Shown here piece after piece: positions 53,164 to 64,000 of a stretch of 64,000 bases of DNA. Made by a program: the position numbers and the translations under genes. Below the pieces are notes generated by a model. The model was given only the letters and a program-made list of their open reading frames with translations. It had not been told where the DNA came from and did no database searches. The first letter of the stretch is position 1. Every line of letters begins with the position of its first letter. Source of the DNA: Flectonema sp. DT1601 (Eukaryota); the NCBI GenBank assembly GCA_964019425.1, contig OZ025799.1:868001-932000 (forward strand), given 5' to 3'.

Positions 53164-54557
53164 TCACTGTCCTCCTTGAAATAGTGTACAGGCATCGAGA
53201 AGCTCGAAGTCATCATCGAAGCCGTGAATAGGATCTAAAATCATTTCATTAAATCTCCAGACTTGAACGATTCCCTCTCCTTCAACACTGGCTACGCAAC
53301 CGTCTGCTAACATTGATGAGTTGGGTGCGGTTGTAATTGCTTCACATTGAGATTTATGACCATAATGAGTACCAAGAAGACACTCATCAGTATTATCAAT
53401 AGATTCAGAGAGATCGAATAATTCTACTCTACCATCAGAATATCCCGTTAAGACTCTGTTATTATCTTCAACTCCTCCTCCTGTTAACCATTTCATACAT
53501 GTCACTTGACCATCTCCTTGTATTGTAAGAATCGGTTTATCTAACTTACGAAGGTCCCAAATGTTAACTTGTCCGTGAGTGTCACCTGTTTTTTTTTTTT
53601 ATTGTTTGGGAAGGATCAGGTGGATTTGTTGTTAAAATAAAAATACAAACCGGTAGCAATGTATGATCCATATGTAGAACTTGTTTGAGGAAGAAAAGCA
53701 ATTGTCGTAACGCAGAAGTACTCGCTTGAAGATGACGGGAGTACTGTTGTTTGCTGAAGAGGTGCTTTGTTTCCTTCACGCGCATCCCAAAGAGAGATAA
53801 AATTGTCGTCACCCGTTGATGCCAAAACATCAGGAGAAGTTCTACTCCAACTTACCGCACCTATTTCTTTTTCACTCGTAAACATATTAATTTGTTCTTT
53901 TGATGCCGTGTCCCAAATTTTAACTTTTCCATCCCAACCCCCTGACGCTAAAATCCCTTCTTTGAAAGGAGAGTACTCAAGGCCGAAACCCTGACCCTCA
54001 TGACCTTGTAAGGTTACCATTGGACCTCCAGAAGGATCAGTATTTGAGAGGTTAGAATAGATATGAATTGGACCTTTTTGTTCTTTAACAGCAACGACTT
54101 TATTCTTTTGAGGCATCAGTGTTACTCTCTCAGCAGGTGATGGGAGAGGGATGGTGTGAAGTAGTTTTGTTATTGCTCTTGAATGGTCATAACCAGACTT
54201 GCGTGGATCTCCTCCATGTAAACCACTTTGAAAAGAATTCGGTATAACAGTTTCTGATATGTGGATACCAGAGTTCCCTCCAAGGATTAGTGTCGAGGGT
54301 CGTCCAAGCATATTTCCAACGTATCTTGTTGGTTCGGGGACTTCATCGCCTTCCCATGGAGCCCAACAGATATCGAATAAGTTGTCTATCGCCTCAAACT
54401 TTGTTGAATTAGCGAATCCGTACATCACCGGGACTGTGTCCTCAACCCAAGCACTGTATTCTTCAGCCATCTTCTGGGCTGCGAGATCTTCTGATGAGTT
54501 TGTTTCACTGGCTTCGTCTTCATCTACCATTACTTCATCTTTTTCTTCTTCCGTCAT
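53164..54557 (-). CDS. Divergent RBBP4/MSI1 (CAF-1 subunit C)-like histone-binding WD40 protein, about 442 aa; exons 54557..53651 and 53585..53164
   Basis: EEYSAWVEDTVPVMY resembles EEYKIWKKNTPFLY; LQGHEGQGFGLEYSP resembles LRGHQKEGYGLSW. ATG|DTHGQVNIWDLRKL reads across intron 53586..53650; HYGH and VQVW are near the C-terminus. Confidence 0.75.
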
Positions 54558-54779
54558 TATTATTATTTTGTTTTTTTTGTATTCTTTTTAAATGATGGAT
54601 TTGAATTATATTTTAGTAACCGAAGGAGATGAATTTCTTAAAAAGAAATAGTCCCCCAAAACAGGCGAACGCAGAACAGGTGTAAATGAAATAAATTAAC
54701 CAAGTCTGGCGAAGGAATTACTCACCCCGCCAGCTGGTTGCAACAGAAGACTGATACGTAAATAAGAAAAAGAGTGGGA

Positions 54780-57596
54780 TCACTCATCGTCATCAATATT
54801 TATAGCAACATGACGTTTTTGAATAACAGCTCTCTTTCTGCCTGCGTTGCGAAGGTTTCTAAAGAGGCATTCAGAGTCGTAATTTTGATCTTGTTGATTT
54901 GTTTCAGTTTCTGGTCGTTCTTGTTGCTGCTTCCACAAACACGATCCAATACGAGTACAAGGTTTCTTATGTGTTTTATTAGTCACAATTAACCGTGATC
55001 GACTTATCATTTTCTTATAATGAACACCATTAAATCCCTCCTCAGTTAAATCATATTTAAGTGATTTTGAAATCGGGTAGAACGGAGGTGTCTGTAAATC
55101 TGCAACACCACACTTTGCAAGTTCCACATCCTTTGGGTTAAACGCGTAAGGAAACATTAATAGTTTTGTGAACTTTATAACATCGTTATAGATGTTGTGG
55201 GTTCGTAGGAATTTGATGTATATTTCTGTTTTGTTAGAGGTATTACAGAGATACGTGTAGGTTGACACACGTAGTTCATTACATACCTATGTCAAGTTCC
55301 AAACACTCAACTACATCACAACAAACAGCATTTTCAGCCCACTTGTGAGGGATAATTGCAGTATAGCCAACACTCTCTCCGCGACACCATTGTTTTGATC
55401 CGCTAGCGATTCTTATATGACCTTTGTAAAGGATGATTAGTCTATCAGCATAGGCAGTTCTAGAGCAGATTACACTGAGAGGTCGATAAACTTTTGCTTT
55501 GAAATGTTTAACAAGAAGTTTCATAGCACTTGTTGAAGCAACGTCTCTTATAAAGGGAATATCGTAGACGCAATCTTTGAATAAATTCTGTTGGGTAGAT
55601 AATTGCTCTTGACGTTGTTCTCGAGAAGCAGCCATCATGTGGATTTCAACTCCGGGATGTCGACGCAGTCCTGAGAGGAAATTACTTCTTGAAAGAATCC
55701 AAAAATCACATGTTGATAACGTGACAATCGAGTCCCCTCCAGTAGATCCATGCAGCACTGCAGTATCACCGATAACACACGGTGACCGTAAGGTATGTAC
55801 GTGAGTCAGCGACATTCGACGTTCTTTTAATTCTGATTTTCGTAAAACCCCTCTCATCACAGCACACTTTCCATTTTGTAAAAACAAAATCCTATCAGTC
55901 TTCGCAGATCCATTCATCACTTGAAAATTTTTAGGAACCGCATATGGTTGTAGTAATTTTAAGTAAGTCTTCATTATTGATGAAGAACAAGGTTGGAATA
56001 TGGAGTGTCTCTTCATGCCTGACTCAGTCATTGGATATGATAAATGCATTGTCGCGTTCCTATTAGCAAACGCCGCTGTTATTATGCTAGTCAGTTTGTC
56101 TTGGTGTAACCCTTTAATTAATTCATTGAAATCTCTGTTTTTGTTGTTGTTGTTGTTATTTGAAGTAAAAATTCTTACTTTTGTTTTTTTTTTTTTTTTA
56201 AAAAAAGAGATTCATACTGTTTTCGAAGAACCCAACACTCAACACGTTCTAAAGCTGTGATCGTAGCCATACGAGGTTCCTCCGTCAAAAACGCAAATTC
56301 ACCAACACATGCCATCGGTAGCAGACGTGCTAACAACGTTCCGTTTGTCTCTCCTATTTTTTTACAAGTACTATTTTCTTTTTTATAAACCGCTACTGAT
56401 CCAGTCATAACGAAGAAGATACCGGAGCCTGCTTGTTCACTCTCGTGTATTAGAAACTCATTCTTCTTGAAGACGGTTAATATCAATTTCGGTATTAAAT
56501 CGACTAGTCTATCTTGTGATATGTTCTTAAACAACTCCTGTCGCTGTAAAATATTTAACGTCATCGGTGGACACAGTGATGACTCACCCAATCTCTTTCG
56601 ATCTTTAAGCCGAAGCCATAACAAAGCTCTCGGATATAAAAACTTTCTAAAAGCTTCTCGAGCCAATTGTATGAATGTTGTTCGTAAGTGAGCAGGGAGA
56701 TCAAGAAGGTCTGACGCCGTGGGTAATGCCATTCCCATACCGCTATTCTGTTGAATGAGTTGCAGTATACTATCTTCAGTGTCATCTACCGTGTTCTTTG
56801 TTTTTGATTTACTCGTTTTGTTATATTTCATCGATGAGGTGGTTGCTTTTCTCCGCACTCCCATCAATAGTCTCACACGTCCTATTTTTCTCAAAATTTG
56901 AGCACCTTTCCGAAGCACTTCTTGTCGTTTTTCTTGCATGGTTATAGTTGGTGAAGCTGTTAGTGATATATCAACAGTGGGAAGGTCACTACAATCGTAG
57001 GGGATCGGTTGTGGTGGTGGTAGTGTTGCCGTTGCTTCAACTGCTACTCTCCGAAAAGAAACACCTTTAGTGATGCCAGGTCTAAATGACTGCTTCTTCG
57101 TTACGTTGAAAGACTTACACTTAGGAATTCGAAAGCTAACAGCAATTTCCTTCTTCAGTTCCCTAAGATTCTGTTGAGAATGTTGAGAACACGATATAGA
57201 CGGTAGCTCTTCAACTCCTGCTTTCAAGGCAGCATTTTTTGATCGTTCTAAAAATTTTTCTTTTATTATTTTTTCGCTTTGCAGCGATATTTGAATTGAG
57301 TCGCAGTGAGTCAGGTTGTCAGAATCCGCTTGAGTTTGAAGACGGATTTTACTTTTACTGGCTGTAGCTAACAATTGCATACATCCAATTGAGTTAAGTT
57401 GCTGCAGATTGACTCCACTCGACATCTCTGATCGATGCTTTCCGGCGTGCGGGGATTCACCCACATTATAATTACTAGAAACAAACGACCTCGTTCGGTT
57501 CCCCAACGTCGGAGACAACGACATTTGCTCAACACGCTCATCGTAGTCTGATATAGTTGGGGGTGATTGCTCCTTAAAAGTTCTCGTCTTTTTCAT
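54780..57596 (-). CDS. Protein with three cyclic-nucleotide-binding-like domains, about 890 aa; exons 57596..56218, 56134..55287, 55225..54780
   Basis: FKKNEFLIHESE..IFFVMTGSV..VGEFAFLTEEPRMATITA; ILFLQNGKC..IGDTAVL; LIILYKGHI..GESVG. Introns 56135..56217 and 55226..55286 join the three ORFs in frame. Confidence 0.85.
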
Positions 57597-57932
57597 TTAG
57601 ATACTACGAACGTAATTCTCATATCATATTATGTCTGTATATTGGAAGACTAATAAAGCTAACAACACACGTCAAAAAGCCATCCAGGTACACCCTCGTT
57701 CAGGACACCACATCCGGTGCTATAACTTGCTGTAACCGTTATCTGGTTTTCTGCGTGTGAAAAAAAACTGTTTGACTGAATTCACACCACCATCACATTT
57801 AGATAATACACTTCAATAAAACATATTTGAATCAAACAACGATGTACACTGTTGAGGACAATTTTTCTTCTTTTTTTTTTTTTTTTTTTAACGAAGTATT
57901 CACGAAACAGATTTATGCAATAGAAGAACAGT

Positions 57933-58318
57933 CTATGCGAAACCACCAGGGCGTAAGCGTCTGACTTCAGGTGTGACGTGTTTGTCTTCCCAAGTGCGTT
58001 CGTAAGCTGAAACTGGATTATAATTATTATCAATCCAGGCACTGGTGTTGTACCTGTAAAATCTAATGTAGGTGTAGACCATTGGGAATCCCATTCCTGC
58101 ACATCCAGCGACGAGAGACAACAACTCCCAACTGTTCATTTGAGCCAAGTTTCTTGGAACTGCTTGACCTGGTCTACGTCCGGCTCTGAACGCATCAGGG
58201 TGAACCTGTTGGGATTTAGTTGTTTGTTTCTTTTTTAATTGTCTGAAAAATTGATAAATAGAACTTTCATGACACATACCACACCTCCCCCTAATTTCAT
58301 TAACGTCCTACTAAACAT
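57933..58318 (-). CDS. Small putative mitochondrial single-pass membrane protein, about 103 aa; exons 58318..58280 and 58205..57933
   Basis: Intron 58206..58279 (GTATGT..CCCAACAG) gives MFSRTLMKLGGGV|VHPDAFRAG..., a short presequence-like N-terminus followed by one hydrophobic segment. Confidence 0.7.
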
Positions 58319-58753
58319 TCCCATATTTATGATTGTCTTTTTTTGTGTGGAATAGTTATTTAATTACTTGTGTGTTGCTTTATGATATAACACTTTCTTC
58401 TCATACTTGTCATTTGTGTTTGCCTAGAGTGAGATTAAATTACATTTGTTAACTAAGCAAGCAAGGTCCCCCCAAAGCCTAAAGCTTTCCTCCAACGAAA
58501 CGTAACACAAAAAAATAGATAAAAAGTTGTTCAAAAAAAAGTTTTTTTTTCTTTCTTTCTTTTTTGATGATCTTTTTTTTTTTTCTTCCTCCATCATACC
58601 AAGTGAGAAGGAACATTACGAACCTTAACACCACCACTTCTACGAAAAGGAGTGGGAGAACAATATAAATATATAAAAAAAAAACAAGGTAAATCGATAT
58701 TATTTTTTTATTTAAATCTTACACCATAAAAGAAGTGGAGTAACAATTGCTTG

Positions 58754-58786
<33 letters not shown>

Positions 58787-60052
58787 TAAAAAAGATGACG
58801 ACTGTATGGTATCCAAATTATCACTAAAACTATAATTTAACAATCTGTTAAGGATACAGTGACTATGGTGATGCTCTTAGCACCTTGAAGTAATCAGGTT
58901 TCGAGAGGGGGGTTAACAGGCTGAACATTATACAGATCAATATATTATATCAAAGGTTTAAAAAAAAAAAAAAAAATGGAACATATTAAAGTTCGCCTTT
59001 GAGATTGGCTTTATAAAAAAAGAAACCAAAAAAAAAAAAAAAAAAAAGATAATTATAATTTTAAAAAAAAAACCCCAACAGAAACATCTTAGCTATTCTA
59101 CAACTCCATCGAAGAACAGAAATAATTGGAGGAAACGCTCAGCGTATTACAAAATAAGTTTGCAACATAAATACGTTCAGTTGTATCATAAGAAATCCAA
59201 TCTCTATTTTAGCTAGTGAGAACACGAAGTGAATGATTGGCATGCACCACTTCGACACAAAAGCCCAAAGGAACCATCTAAGGTTATCCTTATGCTTGAA
59301 CGCAGACAGAATCCTGTCTCACGAGGGAAAATAAATCATATGACCATAAGAAATAACGGCTTTTAATCTGAAAAAACTCCGACTACGTCGGTACAACAAA
59401 AAAAAAAAAAAAAAAAAACTCGACATGGGGTAGTTGATCCTATCTTAGGTTTGAAGACCCGATACTTAAAAAGAAAACGAAGAGAGTCCTCAATCACTAT
59501 TGCGTACACGGGATTTACATCATACTATTCATTCTTTGTTAGACTTAACAATAAATAGTTCGGTTGACTCTTTTAAAGTCTTACCATATATAAGGTAGAA
59601 CTGACCACTATCACCCGAAGTGGTGAACCAGAAGAAACAGACAGCCAGGCTCGTCAATAAAGCTGACCTCACTGTGGGTTTTGACTGTGTGCACTTCTCA
59701 CACAACTACACCCGCCTCAAGACGGAAAAAAAAATTGTTTAATTCGTCTGCTTTTAAAGAGAAAGGGAGACACACGTAAAACACGTCTTTTTTTATTTGC
59801 TTGCGCAGCCAGTGAAAAAAGAAAACCAACTAAACGGAAAAAAAAAAGGAGGAAAAAATACTATATTAGAGTTCAATTCGGGAGTAGTTATGTTTTAAAG
59901 AACTACAGCCCGAGGACGGCATTCCCTAGTTTTGCTTTTTTTTCTTTTCGGGTTGTTTTCGTAATGAAAAAAATTATTAATTCTTTTTTTTTTTGCAATT
60001 GACTAGTAAAGAAAGTTTCTTGTGAAATATGTGTGAAATACATTCGGAATTC

Positions 60053-60083
<31 letters not shown>

Positions 60084-61185
60084 CCCTAAATAAAGAGATA
60101 CAACCCCCCGAGGAAGCCCACGGAGGGTACCAGTAATCCGGTACCACAACCGTGAGACACTCACACTCAAAATCGATATTATGTGTGAGCAAGTTTAGAG
60201 AGCCAAATGGTGGGACTTTCATCTGACGATTACGTAGCAACGTTGTAAAAAAAAGAAATTGTTTGTTGTTGTTTTTGTAATCACGATACGAATCCCAACA
60301 TCACCATGTGGATAGAGGTACGACCCCAGACATTGCAAAGCAGTATATGTTATCAACCACCATATTTTTTATTTATTCTTGGTCATGTTCCAAAAATACA
60401 CCAAGGTGGTTCCTAAACTAAGTCATCATAATTAAGAACGTAACTACCCATTGTTTTGATGAGGAAAAAATTGAAAGAAAAGATAACTACTACACAGAAT
60501 AAAGAATATAAAAAAATGAAAAATGAATAGATAGAAAGGAACTCCATTACGGTACATCGTTGAGACATTTTTTTGGCATTTAACAAGTATTGTAAGAACG
60601 AAAAAGAATGTTGGCAGCACACGTAAACCTCCTTTAGCTTTATCAGTTTAAGTCGGTTCACGGTTTCGTGCACGAACAAAAAATCACAGTTGTTATATCA
60701 TTATTTTCTTCATAGTTGAAGATAAAGCCAATTCTTTTTTTAATTTTTTTTTTTTTGAAATAATTGTTCCATCATCCTCTCCTGCTAGTTAGTATTTAGC
60801 TACAGCTATTTATTCATTTTTACAAAAAAAATAAAAAAATCGAAGTAGTTATTCGTCCCTCGGCATAAGAGCCAGAGTATTGAGCTATAACAACACGAGA
60901 TTTTCAACAAATCAAATAAATAAAATAAAGAACAATTGTAATACGAGAGGTTCTGTTATAACATAGTGCTACCAAAAAAAAAACAAAAAAAAAAAAAAAA
61001 GAGAGAGAGAAGGGAAAAAAAAGATTAAGAAAAAGACTATTCCGCCAGTCTATATAACACTGTGGAATACGTTGTTTTTATTAATTTAAGGGTTATGGCC
61101 CAAAAATACACCAAAGGTGGCCCATAATACTTTACTTAAAGTTGACGTAATAATATGCAATTCACAGTACAGTCCAAATATAGAT

Positions 61186-61336
61186 ATTTATTTATGAAGC
61201 CTAGGTGCTAAAAGTCAGGAAAAGCTCACAGGGTGAGACTCTCACAGACGATAAAAGACGTAGCATAACCTGAAACAAATGACTACCTAAACATATATCT
61301 GGGAAGAATACTGCAGGTCTTTACAAAAAAATATTT

Positions 61337-61427
<91 letters not shown>

Positions 61428-61553
61428 CGAAGCCTAGGAAGCCAAAAGCCAGGAAAAGCTCACAGAGTAACAGTTATATCGCTACCAGCAACCGTGAGAC
61501 TCTCACAGACGATAAGAGACGTAGAATAACCTGGAACAAATGACTACCTAAAC
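61186..61553 (-). repeat. Two tandem copies of a (TAAA)n-tailed element of about 110-130 bp, separated by a long (TTTA)n microsatellite
   Basis: gaagcctagg..aggaaaagctcacag..gtgagactctcacagacgata..aaacaaatgactacctaaac occurs at about 61196-61292 and 61429-61553; (ttta)n at about 61335-61427. Confidence 0.8.
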
Positions 61554-62992
61554 CCACCGTCCACGCGAGCAGACAATAATGGGTTTGTTGGTACTAAAAA
61601 AAAAAAAGGAATTAATACTATAGTGAATTAGGTCACAAGGAATTTGACACAAAAAAAAAATAGATCAATCTTCTGCCTTTTAATATTTGCTTTAAATAAA
61701 AAAGATAGAATAGAAAAAGTGAAGGGGCTCTTCTCCTGAAGCAGTAGTGACTTTAACCAACTGAGAACATACATAATGAGTGAAGAAAAAAAAACAAAAC
61801 AGAAACAAAAACAACAACAAAAAAACTGAACAAAAAAAAAAAAATCAAATCAAATCAAATCAAATCTACAGAGTGTGAATAAAAGTAATTTCGACTTTAC
61901 TTTACCTCCATTGCCAGTCACATGAGTACACTGTTGAATAGGAGTAATTGAATATAAAAGAAATGGGGAGAGGGAGGAGGGGAGATTAAAATCGCTGAGT
62001 TGTTTTGTTTTTCATTACAATGAACAAACTGAAATATTAAAGAAACTAGTTAGCATTAGAGAGAATCATCAAAATAAATAAATAAATAAATAAAAACCAT
62101 TTCTGTAAAACCATACTTCCATCCAGCCCTCTTCAGCGAATACTTTTTTTTTTTTTTTTTTTTCCCCTTTCAATTTAATCAAACATTGCGCGTATATTAT
62201 GAGTGCTCTAGGGAGTGCACAGCAACAGAGGACCCAATCCGTAGCCGTTTTCAAAGACTAGTTTAGATTGTTGAATTACCTTTAATTGAAGAGACGCAAT
62301 AAACAACTAATCTTCAGCTTTCCACCTTGCCTGGCTCATATAAGACTTTCTTGAATTGAACCACCGTGTGAATCAAACTGTTGGTTTTTATCTGAATTCA
62401 GAAAACAATATATCCATACTCCCACCTCTTTAAATAGAATATATAAAAAAAAGGCTGTTTAACAATGTATAATAACAACTTAATCATCAAGTCCGAATGA
62501 TCTGTTTTCAGGAAACCCAACACTGATGTACAATCCGTAGTCGTTTCTAAAGACTTTTTGTGTCCGAATTTTTATCTGCATTCTCCTTTATATAAATCAG
62601 AAAGCAAAGAGAAGGTACGATCCCAAATAAAAGGGAAACCCCACTTAGGTGAATGAATTTCGTGTATCAGGTCTCCAATAGGTGACGATATGAAGTTTCT
62701 TTGAAATTCTCAAAATGGCACTAAAAACAAACAGGTACGTGGGTAGGGTCAATTCGAATGATGAAAAAAAAAAAAAAAAAAAAAAAAGGAAATGATCAAG
62801 GAATTCACCAAAAAGAAAAAAAGAATTTCACGTCGTCTCTGTATTAAGCAAAGAGAACACGAAAACCATCTTTCTTGCAACCGCCATTACTTACTTTCCA
62901 AAGGCGGGCAAAATAGGGAAAAAAAAAAACGGTCTTTGATAACCTACCCGTAAGAGAATTAGCATTCGTTCGTGTAACAGTAGTCTATTAGA

Positions 62993-63113
62993 GTTAGTCA
63001 GTTGGAAAAGTCCAACAAGCCACTGAGGACCCGTCGGTTACTATATTAGTAGATTGAACCTAATCCCTGAAAGGATTACTTTATTAGTTTCCGCACACAG
63101 GGCATACTGGATC
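62993..63113 (-). repeat. Internally deleted copy of the (CTAA)n-tailed repeat family
   Basis: gttagtcagttggaaaagtccaacaagccac..gaacctaatccc..ggatta..cacagggcatactggatc matches 48575-48729. Confidence 0.7.
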
Positions 63114-64000
63114 TGTAGAAGAGATCTGTAACGTTGTCAATAGAGTTTTCAAGCTTCGGTAAAAAAGAAGTATCCTTCACATTCAACAGCAAACAAACAG
63201 TCAGTTTGATTTGCTAACATAGACAGCAAATAGGATACTTGCTGTGATTATTGTTTTGGATTCTCATTTTGGATTGTTATGTTGTGGTAAGGTTTTTCAA
63301 AGAAATGAAAAAAAAATAAATAAAAATAAAATAAAATAAAATAAAATAAATAAACTATCCACTACATAAAGTAACGATTTCTGTTGTAAAAATGCAGTCT
63401 CATCCTTGTGATGGAAGCATGAAAAAGAAAGTTGCCGGGGTGATTGCCAGACTTATCCGAGACATTAATTCCTAATAAATAAAAAAACAGCCTTAAGCTG
63501 TCAATACAGGTTCGGACACAAAATCTGTTCGATAGCGGTTATCGCGCCCGTCAGGACGATCAGTTTCGTGTCCGCATACTCTGTCTCGAAAACTAATGTG
63601 AACGGTCACGCAGTAAACGCGGCTCACAAACAAAAAGTAGCTACGAGAGAACAAAAAAAAAGGAACACAAAAATAAAAACTTAAAAAAAACGAATTAAAA
63701 AAAAAAACATGGATATGTCATAGCTAGTTTCCGACTAACTTAACGCATCCAAAATAATCAAAAAATAAAAAAAGGGAACTGCGTATTATTATTATTTTTT
63801 CAACTCACAATTTTCTCCTCATCTCCCTCCACAAACTAAGAGCGGGTGAAGCAGAGGGAGGAAATAAGAAACAAAAAAAGAAAAAGAAATACACACATAC
63901 AAAAAAGAAAAAAGAAGAAAAAAAACGCTCTAATCGCAAAAGATAAAAAAGGAAGGTTTCGTACCTTAACTACTCACTTGTTCGAAGAAGCGAACAGAGT

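Overview
Eukaryotic, AT-rich nuclear DNA. Every credible protein-coding gene (about 14) lies on the minus strand, often closely packed, and several carry short GT-AG introns. This fits a polycistronic gene cluster of an intron-bearing euglenozoan such as a diplonemid (inference). Genes: a giant secreted or surface Cys-rich mosaic protein (>6,000 aa, runs off the left edge), BCP1/BCCIP, LST8, an EF-hand+LRR+CHY-finger protein, four unknown ORFs, two paralogous CBM42(AbfB)-fringe/GT31-like glycosyltransferases, an RBBP4/MSI1-like WD40 protein, a triple cNMP-binding protein and a small putative mitochondrial protein. There is also a 5'-truncated non-LTR retrotransposon (RNase H), a palindromic non-autonomous DNA element and several short dispersed repeat families. 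Most notable: (1) the nested architecture of the giant protein, including a 9,945-nt in-frame insert that appears to split one EGF module; (2) all 12 inferred introns read GT[ATG]TG...ACAG, with an A/C-rich 3' tract instead of a polypyrimidine tract; (3) the CBM42-GT31 fusion pair with a likely gene-conversion tract. All calls come from reading motifs by eye; no database searches were run.
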